Origin: Eledone cirrhosa
Lineage: Eukaryota
Length of the DNA stretch: 64,000 nt
Assembly: GCA_964016885.1 (NCBI GenBank)
Contig: OZ024740.1
Location: 392,460,001-392,524,000 of the forward strand
Reading direction: 5' to 3'
The notes beneath the pieces were generated by a model that was not told the origin of the DNA, did no database searches, and saw only the letters and a list, made by a program, of their open reading frames with translations. The position numbers and the translations under genes were made by a program. Below are positions 1 through 13,162 of this stretch, piece by piece (the stretch's first letter is position 1; the number at the start of each line of letters is the position of its first letter).

Positions 1-120
1 AGAATCAGTTCCCGTATGAGCAAGACAAGGTCAACCGACCAGACACTGCCCACAACAGAACCCATCTAACCCATGGTAGTGTGGAAGAACGGATGTAAAA
101 CGGTGATGATGATGATGATG
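1..120 (+). mobile_element. 3' end of RTE-tailed SINE/LINE with (GAT)n tail
   Basis: Near-identical to 19112-19217; ends CCCATG...GTAAAACGGTGATGATGATG like the tails at 13015-13162 and 15210-15291 (-). Confidence 0.75.
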
Positions 121-769
121 ACACACACACACATATATATGTATATATATATGCCAACCACATTTACAGCATGGACTGAGTGTTTTTTTTATCGCAACAC
201 CAAAATTACCACTTTACAATGTAGACTGGGTGCTTTTTGCCATGACATCTACACACAGCACTGTTAAAATTGGTACATTTGTACAAATTTGGTACTATTT
301 GCCCTTAATTTGACTTTTCTGAATGTTTGGTACCATGTTTGGACTTTTTGGTATGGTTTAGAGATGGTACTTGCTTTGTGAATTTGGCTTAATTTATATT
401 CTAAAATCGTTCAGTGATTTATCAGCTATAACAATTTTTATGTCGAGAAGCTATCCATTAAATGTCAGATTTCACTAGATGTCCATAACTCTTCTGCATA
501 TTATTTCAAATCAGTAACCAACCATTATCTGTACCATCCTGGTAACCAACAATAATGCACTATTCGCTCAAAATCTATCAGTGGACGTTTTATTTGAATA
601 GATTCCACTAACAACATGCAAGGACATCTAAATATAGATAGAGCAAGATGAATCCTTGGAAGACAACCATATCAGTTCAGTTTAAGCAGTTGTGTCATGG
701 CGTGCTTTGGTGATGTCATCTTTCAATATCTGAACTGTTTTGCTCTTTGAGAAACATTTTGAACTCATT

Positions 770-960
770 ATGGGTGAGAAAAAGGTGAATATAGAATATT
801 ATTCTGATAGGGACAAAAACAACACACCTGAGAAGAAAAAACAAAAATCCATTTTCTATGGATGAAAAGTTACGTCAAAATTATTAAATGATGAGAAATT
901 TTCATCATGGTTGGAATTGAATAAAAACCATGCAACTAAATGCTATTGTAAATTCTTTTT
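770..960 (+). pseudogene. possible decayed N-terminal zinc-finger fragment of a hAT-like transposase
   Basis: Translates to KLLNDEKFSSWLELNKNHATKCYCKF, resembling the W..WL...YCK.C motif at the start of hAT transposases; no downstream DDE domain seen. Confidence 0.35.
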
Positions 961-1492
961 TCTATTATTTGGATTTTTCCTGTAAATAGGCAGCTGGTTT
1001 ATAACAAAAATAATAATAAATAAATAAAGATCATAATTGTGATTTGGATAACAAAAAGGATGAATGCCATATGTTGAACTTTTGAAGAGCTTTGCATAAT
1101 TTTACTGTTCTGCTTATAGATAGTATTTGTAAAATGTGTGTCAGCTGATCAGTTTCTATGCCTGAAAACCCTAGCTTTTCCATATTGTCACTTAGGCATT
1201 TACTAATATAGACAAATGCACCAATAATTATAATCACTAGCAGAAAAACCACCCTTCGGGCAGTTTTCTGCTAGCATATGTAGTGTGCATATTGATATTA
1301 TATGCAAGTATATATGCATGTGGATATGATACATCAAATAAAATCGTAATTGACAATATCCACAGAAATTGAACGAAGACTACGTTACACTCTCTTATGT
1401 AATCAGTAAAGTAATCCATGATACATTAAAAAAAGACGATATTATATATAAACTGCATTAGGAGAAAATTAGTGACGGAAATATATGAATGT

Positions 1493-1670
1493 TTATTTAA
1501 GTGATCGCTAACCGGAAGTATTGACATTTGAAAATTTTAAAGAAGTGATTCTTTAAATAAGTAATAAAATATATTTAATGAACAGCCACGAAATTTAGTA
1601 GATAAATTATGTAATATTCATTCATTATTTATTCAAAGTAATCCAACTTATTTTACAAACGAGATAAAAA
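1493..1670 (+). repeat. dispersed repeat, left copy of an inverted pair (partner 3110-3287)
   Basis: TTATTTAAGTGATCGCTAACCGGAAGTATTGACATTT...TTCAAAGTAATCCAACTTATTTTAC closely matches the reverse complement of 3110-3287. Confidence 0.8.
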
Positions 1671-2651
1671 TATATATATTCTGGATGCAGTCCTGCACTC
1701 CTCCCTTTATTATAGTTTAGATTGGTATAAATGTAAATTTATAGCCTGTGGAGGGAAGCTAAATATTCCGAAGTAATTGTCTGTAATTATTCCCATTCTT
1801 ACTGATTTGGGAAATGACTGTTCATGATTTTTCTTTTCTCTCCCAAACAACTATTTCTATCTACAACATATCACAATTCTTGTTTGAAGCCATATGATTA
1901 CAGTGAATTCCATTCCCCCTCCTTCTAAAGTCAGTGAATCTGAAGCATTGGGCCTAGTTATAAGAAATCAATAAGCAACTTTGAGCATGCATTATGAAGG
2001 AGTGGAAACATTGGGGGGGGGGGGGGGGGACTGAGTCTACAGCTTGATTTGAAATCCCAGTTGGAATCCTTTTCACTTAACATTGCTAAATATTTTTTGA
2101 ATGTCACACTTCCCTAATTACTCACCGTTATTCATGCATGTATAAGAAATTACTATCAATACTTTTAGAATTATTCAAAATTAAGTCAAGTAGATTGAAT
2201 GAAACAGTACATCATTGGACATTTATGTTATTAATGCCCTTGGGAGAGGCAGTCACATGATCTCATTCCCCCTCCATTATAAATATGAGCTCTTATGACA
2301 AAGAAGAAATAACACCAATATCATAAAAGCTGGAGAAGGCAGCAGAGTGACAGAAATCATTGTGTAGTAGAGAAAATAGCCTAGCAATTATTTTTCTATA
2401 TTAAGTTCAATCTCACTGATGTTGACTTCAGCTTTCATTCCTTTGGTTTCAAAATAAGTACAGACACATAAGTACTGAGGTTGTGGATCATAACTCTAAT
2501 TTTTTTAGGGGGTGGCATTGTTGGTGTAGGAGGGGGAGAAGCAACAGGCAGAAAGGTGGGAATGTATGTAATATATATATATACATATATATATTACATA
2601 CATAATATACCTTACTAACACATTACCTGTCAAAAATTACAGGGTTTACAG

Positions 2652-2968
2652 CAGAGGTTCTCAAAGTGAGCGCTACTGCCCCCTGGCGGGTGCTGGGGCC
2701 CAAGGGGTGAGATAGAGATGATATAATAGTATATTAAATATCAAATGATACATATTATATATAAATATAGTAAAATAAAAAATATATAATATTTATTTAT
2801 ACATAGTATATATTATATTATTTATTATATATAAATTAATGATTTAATTTATTATATATTATTTACAATTTGCGTGTAGGCAGGTCTCTCTGGAAATAAG
2901 GTTGGGGACACTGAGGGTATTACGCAGCTGTAAGGGGCGCGGTGGCCCCAAAAGTTTGAGAACTTCTG
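2652..2968. mobile_element. hAT (Charlie/Buster-like) MITE
   Basis: TIRs CAGAGGTTCTCAAA / TTTGAGAACTTCTG; 8-bp TSD GTTTACAG (2644-2651) / GTTTATAG (2969-2976); AT-rich interior. Confidence 0.85.
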
Positions 2969-3109
2969 GTTTATAGCAAAACATTCTCTGCTGGAATCCT
3001 TAACTTTCTCATTCTTGATACTCCAACTATACCATATTTCATTTTACACTGATTTCAGTCAATCTAAACTATAATAAAGTAAGGAGCGCGGGACTGCGTA
3101 TGGTTTATA

Positions 3110-3287
3110 ATTTTTTTATCCCATTAGTAAAATAAGTTGGATTACTTTGAATAAATAATGAATGAATATTACATAATTTTTCTACTAAATTTTGTGGCTG
3201 TTGATTAAATATATTTTGTTTATTTAAAGATTCACTTCTTTAAAATTTCTGAAATGTCAACACTTCCGGTTGGCCATCACTTAAATA
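3110..3287 (-). repeat. dispersed repeat, right copy of an inverted pair (partner 1493-1670)
   Basis: Reverse complement of 1493-1670; directly abuts the Tx1 LINE fragment. Confidence 0.8.
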
Positions 3288-3975
3288 ATATGTAAGTGTT
3301 TGCCACCTCCGCTTGACCTTTCAAGGATAGTTTGCACTCTGTCCACTTCTGGGTGACCGCAAATACCTTGGCCGTGACCTCGTTCCAGTTTTTCTCCATC
3401 TGGAGGTCCGGACCGAACCAGACCCCGAGCAATTTCACCGGTCCTTCCGTCCAGCCTCCGACGACGTTGTCGGACATCAGTTTGCCTCTCCACGTTCCGA
3501 GTTGCAAACTGACAGACTTGTCCAGGTTCAGTTTTACTACTGTGAGCCTTTCGTATTCCTGCAATAGGTTGCCGATTGCCCCAATTTCCGAGGTTTCCGA
3601 CACCATTACCGTCACGTCGTCGGCATAAGCTGACGCCGCTTTCTGCAGTCCCGGTTCTAAAGGGATGCCCTGCAGAAGCTCCAACTTCTGCAGTAGTGGC
3701 TCTAGAGTCAGTATTTACAGAATAGAGAGAGGGCATCCCTGTCGGATGGAATGCATCATTGCGAACGGCTCCGATAGGTAGCCGTTCACCTTGACCATCG
3801 AGCAGATGTTGGTGTGCATTGCTTTGATCCAGCCCCTGAAGACAGGTCCGAAACCGGCCACCTTGAGAACCGCTTCCAAGTATCGATGGTCGACCCTATC
3901 GAACGCCTTAGACAGATATAAATTGATCAGAACTCCACCGAAGCCGGGTTTACACCCCACCCTCTCTATGATGGG
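3288..3975 (-). mobile_element. L1/Tx1-clade LINE reverse transcriptase fragment (frameshifted)
   Basis: Motifs KAFDRVDHRYLEAVL, VKVNGYLSEPF, IRQGCPLS, AYADDVTV, VKLLGVWF, LSLKG across ORFs 3715-4086 and 3277-3684. Confidence 0.9.
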
Positions 3976-4165
3976 TAAGTAGACACATAGACAGGCAGGT
4001 AGACACATAGACAGGCAGGTAGATATATAGATAGATACACAAACAGATAGGTAAGTAAATAGGTAGGTAGATGGACAGACAGACATAGATGTATAGCTAT
4101 CGATAGAAAGTACACTTTCTAACTATAGCTATATACCTATCTATCTGTCTATCTACATAGATAGA
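3976..4165. repeat. degenerate (ATAG/ACAG)n microsatellite
   Basis: Visible tetranucleotide periodicity. Confidence 0.7.
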
Positions 4166-6239
4166 ACAAAGGCAACAAAGAAATATAAAGCATAAACTAA
4201 ATACCTTACTTCACAATATAATATTGTCCCTCTCCATTCTGTGTTCTAATGTCTAGCTGAGTTTAACTTTGCCTTTCTATGATAAATAAAATCACTAACC
4301 AGTAATATATCAAACTGGAGTTGGTTTAACCAATTATGCTCCTGTAAAAAATATATCAATTTTCTATGGAAAACAGCAGAATTTAATGCTATATAGCTAA
4401 TAAGCACATTTGACTATGAGCATTGCATGGCATAAGTTTAGTGGTTCTGATTTTATTGTGGGATATTAAAGCTTTAGACCAAACATGTTAGGTATCTGCC
4501 TCTATGAAACATCACTAACATTATGATAGTATGTGAATTAACAAACAAAATTAAATGTTTATTAAAGAAGGTGTACTTTACATTTCAAATTGGTATTGTG
4601 AATGGCAAAAACTAAGAAAAATTTATTCGACAGCATAACAGGAAGAAAACTAAAATATTTCGAACATTACTATAAATTGGTCAAATATACAGAAACAGAA
4701 AGCAGCATTGGAAAGGACTATAAATGCCATAAATGAGAGGAAAAGGAGGGAAAGAGCAAGGACCACTAGACAAAGGAAGAAAGAAGGAGGATGAGGAGAG
4801 GGTGACATACACTATACTAAGGATAGCTGCAACCCATGGACCAAATGACAAAGGAAAGACACTACCTTATAAAATTTAACCAATATGATTACATTTCAAA
4901 AGTAAATTCCTTTTAAAATTTAAATTCCATGTTACTAACCCTTATATTGTTAAATTTCTGCTAAGACCTTTACAGAGTCCAAAATGTGATGTCTTTAAGA
5001 CCTTTAAATATTTACTAAGCATAAAAAAATTCTTCCTGTTCGTTTGAAAAATTAATTTGTTCCAACTTTATAACCTTGATAATTGTTGGAACTCGCCCTC
5101 AAAATAATATAAAAACAATTCTTTAAAATATCAAATATGAAAAAACAATTATTTTAAAATCATTTGCATCTATGTGTATGTGGTGTTTGTTTGTATATGT
5201 GTACATATTTGGACATGATGGTTGGAATGCAATGTTAATGTTTAAACTGGTCTTCACTTGTCAAATCTCTTATAATCTTCACCTTTTAATTCTTCATTAT
5301 GGTATTTCCATTTTTTGGCATATATCCCATCTAAAATGACAGATGTAAAAAGAACATTAATATCTGTCTAATTCATTACTAGCCAGTGTCAAGCACTAGA
5401 TCTTTTGAAGGCAAAAATACATTGATAACTCATGATCTTTTGCCCTCATCTATTTGCAGTGCTTGTATAACTCTTTTTACCATTTTGCTCTTTTCATTTC
5501 CTGTTGTCTCTCATTCAGGTTCTCTCTCTATCTCTCTCTCTCTCTCTAGTTAAACAGCCACAATAATAATTTTTTGCTTTAACTATTGTACAATTCTTTA
5601 TCTTCTGAAGCACATAAAAGAAGCATAAGAAATAAACAAAATACCCCACCCCCATATATATATATATACACATACATACATACATTTTGATGACTAAAGT
5701 ATTAGAGATTTCCAGCTACACAAGACCGTAGAAAAATATGAATGGAGAACTGAGACAATGGCAATAATAATAAGCTATTTTATAAGTATATATATATATG
5801 GTGGTTGTTTGCTCCTTGCAGAGTTTGACCTCTTCTTGTACCTATAATTGCTCTTCCTAGCCAGAGATCCTAAGTGACATTTGAGCCCTGAAAGGCATTT
5901 GAAGAGCTGATTGCAAGTATGCAGCAATGTTTCATTTCAGCATTGGCTCCATTTTCCACTTATTTATTGTGAATATTCAAGTGCCATTTCAATCCTCCTC
6001 ATGGCTTGCAGGTTCTTTGACAAACATGGCATTGAAATTGGTTATCTAGTCATAAAGAACATTTAAACAAAGAATGAGAATCCCAATGATAATCCTATTA
6101 ATCCCATTTTTATGAACTTTACATTTTGTTTCGGCATGCTGTCAAACCCCAAATCTTTAACATCACTCCAAATCGTAGCTCACCATGCTTTCCTATCATC
6201 CGTAAGACTTTTGTAACAAAGTTAAAACATTTCAAATTT

Positions 6240-7060
6240 TATTTATAGTCTTTGTATCTTTTCTTTAGCTTACTATTTTTTCACTTTCCCAACATAAGCT
6301 CATCATAAAATAAATTGTTAGAATGCAGTCATCATCCATATAGATGCAATGGCCTATCCATTACAGTTGATTCCTAATAAACATGGCTTGGATTGATGTG
6401 GTCCTAGCTTCAGTGAGAACCTCAGTGTCAGGATAGAGTGAGGACCAGCTTATTCTGAGTATATGGCAGAGGCATTTCTGGTGAAAACTTTCCAATATTT
6501 TCACATGGCCACATGTATATTGTCCAAGTTTCAGACAAATACAGCAGTGATGAAAGAGCAAATGAGACTTACACCATGATCTTAATGTCACCTTTGATAA
6601 GGCACTGTGACCAAATTTTAGATTCTAGGCAGTCAAAGGCTTTTTTGCTCCTCTTTCAATGCAAGAAGTGATTTCCGTGTAAGTTTCCATCTACATGTAC
6701 CAGGCTACTCATGTATTCAAAAGAAGTCACAACTTTAAGCACTGTGCCTTTAACCAGTATCTGAGGTGCATTAATTTGTTCTCCAAGGGTAGGTTGATGC
6801 ATTGCAACAGTTTTTTTTCAAATTAAATGTGAGACCAAATACGTCAAATGTAGAATCAAATGCACTAAGGTTCTGTAAGCCTTGCTCAGTGTGACCTACT
6901 AGGTCAGTGGTTTGTGTATAAAAGATCACGTACCAAAGAGGTAAAGAGTTTGTATTTGAAGTTCATTCTTGTTAGATTAAACACACTACCTAAAGAGCAG
7001 TATTATATATAGATAACATCTGTTGAAATTACAAATGCATTTGATAGCATAGCTGCAATA
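6240..7060 (-). mobile_element. decayed RTE-BovB-like LINE fragment (RT C-terminus)
   Basis: ILESFHQKCLCHILRISW...DTEVLTEARTTSIQAMFIRNQL followed by WIGH; many stops and frameshifts. Confidence 0.75.
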
Positions 7061-7062
7061 TA

Positions 7063-7248
7063 TAATTGTTTCTACTTTTGGCACAAGGCTAGCAATTATC
7101 CCAGTGCATTACTAGTGCTTTATTTTATTGACCCCATAAGGATGAAAGGCAAAGTTAACCTCGGCGGGATTTGAACTCGGAACGCAAAGGGCCGTAACTC
7201 TATGCTGCAAAGCATGGTGTCTGATGCTCTACCGATACTGCCAGTCTC
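7063..7248 (-). mobile_element. tRNA-derived SINE
   Basis: B-box GAGTTCAAATCCCGCCGAGG on the minus strand; second copy at 54121-54302. Confidence 0.8.
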
Positions 7249-7329
7249 AAAATATGAGAAGAGTGTTGCTGTTTCAAGATCCCTTTGTTTAACACCATTT
7301 TTAACCAGAAATGATTCCGATAGGGTTTG

Positions 7330-8360
7330 CCAACGACCACATTCCTAGTATATAGAAAGGAAAACAGGACCCAGATTCCATCATGGAAATGGCCTTGTTC
7401 AGTGTGCAGAATAAGAGTAGGTAGAAATTACATCCTATGTCCCAAATAATATAAACTATTGGTACACAAGAGACATAGTGGAATCTCAGGCAAACTAGTA
7501 AAGAACATAGGTTAATATGTGGCTGATGCACAGGTACAATAAGTAGCAAGAGCTCTTTCAAATGCCCAGAGGACTCAGTAGAAGTAGTAGATAGTTTCTA
7601 TTACCTGGGTGACCAAATTAGCAGTGGAGGAGCGTGTTCCAAAAACACAGTAGCTAGAGTGAGAATGAGATGGAGAAAATTCAGGGAGCTACTGCTGCTG
7701 CTAACTACGAAAGGTTTTTCCTTCAAAATGGAGGGCAAATTGTATGATGTATGTATATGAACAGCAATGTTTCATAGTAGTAGTCCTGTGAAGATTGGAT
7801 GCTTCCATGCTTCGATGGATGTGTAATAGTAATATACATGAACGGCAAAGCATAAATGAACTGAGAGAGAAACTGGGCATAAGATGGATCAGATGCAGTA
7901 TACAGGAGAGGAGATTGCATTGGTATGGACATGTGATGTGTATGAAGGATGACAGCTGTATAAAAAGGTGCAGAGCATTCAAAGTTGATGGAAGCTATGG
8001 AGTAGGAACACCTAGGAAGATTTAGGATGAGGTGTTGGCCATTCACAATTGCACTTCTCAAAGGCGATGACCCAAGACTGTGATCTTTGGTGTTTTCAAT
8101 AATATAGAAGACCTGCCTTCCTATGTGCCAAGGTTGAAGCATACATCTAGTATGCACCACCTTCCCCTCCATCACCCCTTTCCTACACCTCCCATGCTGT
8201 ACCCCCCCCCATGCCCCTAGATCTACCTCCCCACCCAAGTCCTCCATTCACACTGTAAAGTGGTTGTTTTGGTGCCATGACAAAAAACACCTAGTCCACA
8301 CTGTACAGTGGCCATGTAGGTGTCATGACAAAAAGCACCCAGGCCACACTAATGCCATCA
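7330..8360 (+). mobile_element. RTE-clade LINE 3' fragment
   Basis: MLRWMCNSNIHERQSINELREKLGIR...ERRLHWYGHVM; same family as 38883-40791. Confidence 0.85.
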
Positions 8361-9877
8361 ATACATGGTGCTTTATTGTTATTACACTTTTTTTACAGTT
8401 GCTGCAATACCATCTTGTGTTGGCTCAACAGGAAGGTAATTTCTTCAATTATTCTCATATTTACAATTGTCTATTGAGAAGATCACTTTTGTATGGACAT
8501 GACATCAGTAAAGAGCTGTTGTTCATCAACAGATCTCACTAGGATGGTGGTTTGTCTTATGACATTCCCAAGCTAATCCAGTACCAATTTCCAAAGAATA
8601 ATATAGACTAAGAAAATGGTGAACAAGTGTACTACCTAAATACATATTGGAATATAAACCTCATCATCATTTTACATACATGCTGACATGGGTTAGACAT
8701 GTTATCACAGTCCAAGACCAGACTGGTTGAAGAATCACATCTTGCTCATATGTTCCATATTTGGTTTGATTTCTATGGCAGGATGCCCTTCCTAACACCA
8801 ACCACTTTACAAGGAGAATTTCATTGTGTTGCCAGAACTAGAGAGGTTATGTACTTGGCAAGACTGAAGAGTACTGTCTACTCTATACTGTCTCTGTTTG
8901 ATTACCAATTTAACTATTTAGCCTTTTCTTTTTGGGGATACCCTTTAACCCATCACACTATTGAAAAATTATTATTTGTAATAAATGTTATTGAAAACAA
9001 CATCATGAATATTTAAACAGGTTAAGTTTTTATATAAAGCAAAATAGAATGTTAAAGTTAAAAGAACATTTTGCCTATACAAAAAAAAACTTATGCACTC
9101 TTAAGCAGTTCTTAAAAACAGGTTATGGGTTGTTTTGGTGAGGTTTATTTATCATATGATAGCAATCATTAAATCAGAGGTATGCAAAGTATTTTTGTAG
9201 GCATATCAACAAATAGTACACATATTAGTTAAAACTCTTCTTACACATGATGTAACAACAAATTAAGAACAAAAACAAAATAAAGCCATCCAAGCTATCA
9301 GTATCAACTTCAAGACATGGTAAAAATGAATGTTAAACAACTGATGATGATGATAGTAGTTGTAATTATTGGCCATGATACTAAAGTTGGTTGTAGAGAT
9401 GACAGTTATGAATGAGTGGGCAGAATGAAGGGATGAAGTGATAAAGATTGTCAGTGATGATGGTAATAATGATGATGGTTGTGGTGGTGATGGTAGCAGT
9501 AATGGTGTAGTGTTGTAGCACCAGTGATAGTTGTAACTATTTCCACTTGGATTATCTATGTAAATAAGGAAGCAAGCAAAATTTCTTAAATATTGCAATA
9601 GGAATATTATCATGAGAATTAATAGTTAAAATCTGTTGGGTTTAAGTGAATGTTATTTTTATGTAATTCCAAATGAGTTGATATAGCAGAATAACTTTCC
9701 AAATCTACAAACATTTCTTGCACATGTTCACTAGAAAAAACAGTAAGTGGTATTTAGCAACCAGCATTGGAGGGTGAGAATGGCCCCATGAATTAATTAG
9801 ATGCCACAAACAGAAAGATTGTATCATGAATGATGGGTTACAAAGTCGTAACTGTTTTCTCTTTTAAAAGGCACTTA

Positions 9878-10088
9878 CCATATATACTCAAATGTAATTC
9901 CTCTGCCTCCATTTTATGTCTGAGAAATAGGCAAAAAATTTATTTTAGCACCTCATTTATGTAGAATTTTGAAGTTGATGGAAATCAGCAAAATATTAAC
10001 CTTGAATATAAGGCAACCACCATTTTATAACTGATTTTTTTTTTTTTTGTCACACATTTCTCGGCTTGTATATGAGAATATAAGATAA
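9878..10088. mobile_element. decayed pogo/Tigger-like MITE
   Basis: Starts TACCATATATACTC, ends CTCGGCTTGTATATGAGAATATAAGATA; interior AACCTTGAATATAAG...TGTCACA shared with 56112-56544. Confidence 0.5.
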
Positions 10089-10499
10089 CTGTAATTGTTT
10101 CAATATACTAAGCTGGAAAATGTCTGTTAACCACACCGAACCATAGATATTTATTTCTAGAAAATCTAACCATTGCTCTGCTCATCACTGCATCTTGCCC
10201 TGTATAAAAACAGTACACAACAGACTACAGCTCTATAATCAGATACTTGATAATTCCATGATCATCCATGACAGTAAATACACTTCACTTCTGATTTGTC
10301 TAAGACTACCAAAATGAGAACACAGACAATCTTCTAATGTATGCTCTGCCCCATCTCCAACATTACTAAATCTTGTAAAACATCCACTCCAAAAAGATTC
10401 ATAAGACTTTGCACTGCTGCTGTATAGATTAAAACCAAAGCCTGCAACATCCAAAGTAAATTATCTAATCACAAAGAGAAATTTCATCCTTTGCAATTC

Positions 10500-11567
10500 A
10501 TTGTTTGTCTTCCTTTCTCTCAGAGATACTCCACTCATTCACCAGACAATTTTCATTTCTCTTCTTTCTATCCTTCTCTTGATCGCATAAGTCATGACAT
10601 TTCTCACAAATGCAGTATACACCTTTCCATTTAGTTTCAGTGAAACTTCCCTCTTCATTAGTACACCACTCAGTTCCTGAAAGTTCTATACACATCTCAC
10701 TCTAGATACTGTCACAGAGTCTGATCCACCCTCGTCATTCAATATGCCTCCAAGATAAAATGTTTTCATACCTTCCATCTTCACACTATTCCCAAGATCC
10801 AGATCAACATCCTCTTCATACACAATTTACACTTTACATCATTTAATAATCCCTTCACACCACTACATTTTCAGTGTACCAACCCATCTAATGAATATCA
10901 TACATTTAACAGAGTTCACTTCAACACCATTCCGGCAGGCCACCTTCCTTTCTTCCTCCAAATCAACAAACACACCAAATGTTTTACCATTTGCCATCAC
11001 CTTCATCTTTCCAATATTCACCTGCATACCATTTGCCTCCATATATTTCCTCCACCTATTTATCTTTTCCTTCAGTCCAACCATACACTTTACTATTAAC
11101 ACCAAGTCATCTGCATAGAGCAACTCTCATGGCAAACTCTCCTTTACCTCCATCACAACTACAATAGTAATGGGCTTAATACTAATCACTAATACACTTC
11201 AGCCTTCACTTCAAACTTGTCACTGGTCCTGTCCTTCATCCTTATAACTGTACATGCTTTTTCATACACTGTCATCAATATACTAACTAACCATTCTCCC
11301 AAGTCTCTTAATGACCATGTCTCGAAAGCTTCCTCCAAATCAACAAACTCAAAAGACAAATCAGTCCTCTTGTCTCTGTATTTCTCCTGCCACTGCTTCA
11401 TAATAAAAATTGATGTCATTCCATTTCCTGGTACAAATCCAAATTCTATTTCATCAATCTTCACTCTTTTCCTTAACCTTTTCTTTAACATTCCTTCCAG
11501 TACCTTTATTCCATGCTCTATGTGCACCAGTCTAGAGGATCACCTTTACCCTTGTACAGAGAGATGA
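10500..11567 (-). mobile_element. decayed RTE-clade LINE RT fragment
   Basis: KIDEIEFGFVPG, FVDLEEAF, LYADDLVLI, QVNIGKMKVM in ORFs 11189-11527 and 10863-11123. Confidence 0.85.
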
Positions 11568-12950
11568 GAGTATGCAATTCCCCAAGATGGCTAACCTTGA
11601 GCAATTATTGAAGAACATTGAGACAATCGAACCCCATCAAGGTATTTTTCATACTCAAGAATTACCTATCGATTCCTAAGCTACTATATATGTTCAGGGT
11701 TAGCCCATCTGACAGATCTTCGTCATGTCTCCAATGCTTTGATGACCTAATCTTCAAGAAACTCGAGTGCTTGGTCAATTTTAGACTCTCTCCAGAGTCT
11801 TGTGGTCAGGCTGTGTTGCCCAAGTGATTTGGAGGCCTTAGTCTATGTAAACGTTCGTCCCTTTCTCTCCCTTGCTTGCTCCACATGGTGGGTAACATCC
11901 TCTCCTTTCCAAGATGAATTAGTTCCAACAGGGAGGTGGCTGAAACTCTTTTACGATGGAGAGAGCTGGGTTTGTCTGTTCCTGACATGGTAGAGGACAG
12001 AGAGTTTGGGACAACATACATTCGAAGGACACCTTTGACACTTTCTTCGACCAGTCTGATCAGTTCTCAAGGTGCTGCCTACTGACTGCTAGCATCAAAT
12101 ACTTAAGAGACTGGGTTGATGCCCTACTGGTGGCCAACATCGGTAGTCTACTCAGTTTGGACGAGCTTCATGCCCTCAGAGTGGGAGCCGATGTCTCTAT
12201 GGGACTGAAATGTCAGTGTGGTAGGCTCATCAACTCCACAGGCCTTCATGGTCTATTTTGTCGTCTGAATGATAGTTGCTTTGCATATCACACTGAGCTA
12301 AACCTCATCATCAAGAGGGCTTTGGCTCAGGCAAACATCCCCTCAATTTTGGAGCTGTCCAGAACTGAGAGGAAAAGACCTGACAATCTTACCCTGTACC
12401 CCTGGATAAGAGGCAGGTGTCTTATCTGGGACATCACAGTAAGTGACTATTTTGCTTCTTCCCATGCCCTGGATGCTGCAGTTAAGGCGAGAATTACTGC
12501 TTCAGTAGTCGAATGTAACAATATTCTGAAAGACCGAGATCTGCCAGTTAACTACCTCCTTTTCCAGCTTGTGGCATTCAAGACGTTTGGGGGAGTTGGG
12601 TCGCTGACTGCGAGGTTCTTGTCATTAATGGCAGCTCACCTAACCAAGGTAACTGGTGATGCTCGTGAAGGTTCTTTGCTGTTCTAGCGCATCAGCTTTG
12701 CCATTACCCGAGGTAATATTGCGAATGTGCTGACTTGCTTCAAAAATTAATAGAGAGGTTCTAGAGTTCCTCGCGATAACGTCAAGCTTTTGTTCTGGCA
12801 GCAGTTCGTTTGTCCACCCCTTTCACTTGCTTTTTGATGCATGTGGTCCAAAATGTGTGTATTACCTGCTTGTTTTTTTTCCTTTAATCCTATATCTCAT
12901 TTGTACATATGTCCTGAACATTTATGTAATTATATCCTTAATAAAATGAT
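11568..12950 (+). mobile_element. CRE-clade (restriction-like endonuclease) non-LTR retrotransposon, 5'-truncated
   Basis: LKNYLSIPKLLYMFR, zinc knuckle CQCG...HGLFC, KRPD...PW.RGRCLIWDITVSD (PD..D endonuclease), FKTFGGVG; AATAAA near 12940. Confidence 0.85.
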
Positions 12951-13010
12951 TACTTAAGTTCTATAACTGCTTTGGGAATTGGAGAAACAGGATCAATAGT
13001 ATTTATTATA

Positions 13011-13162
13011 CACTGTAAACGTGGTTGGTGTTAGGAAGGGAATCCAGCCGTAGAAAACCTGCCAGACAGTCCTATACGAACGAGACATGGTCACCCGACC
13101 AATCTTGCCTCAAGTAGGACAATTCCCGTCTAAACCCATGCTAGCGTGGAAGATAGACGTTA
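13011..13162 (+). mobile_element. intact RTE/SINE 3' tail with (GAT)n
   Basis: CACTGTAAACGTGGTTGGTGTTAGGAAGGG...CCAATCTTGCCTCAAG...AAACAATGATGATG; an uninterrupted reference for the Merlin target site. Confidence 0.8.

Noticed and set aside
4570-4620. Second exon of the candidate minus-strand gene
   Set aside because: Very short, weak donor (GTAAAG), and cannot be supported without transcripts.
7063-7248. tRNA gene
   Set aside because: Only a B-box within a repeated SINE body; no cloverleaf.
10140-10490. Host exon (ORF 10239-10454) or decayed endonuclease fragment
   Set aside because: No recognisable protein or convincing splice sites; only faint RTE-BovB endonuclease-like resemblance on the plus strand.
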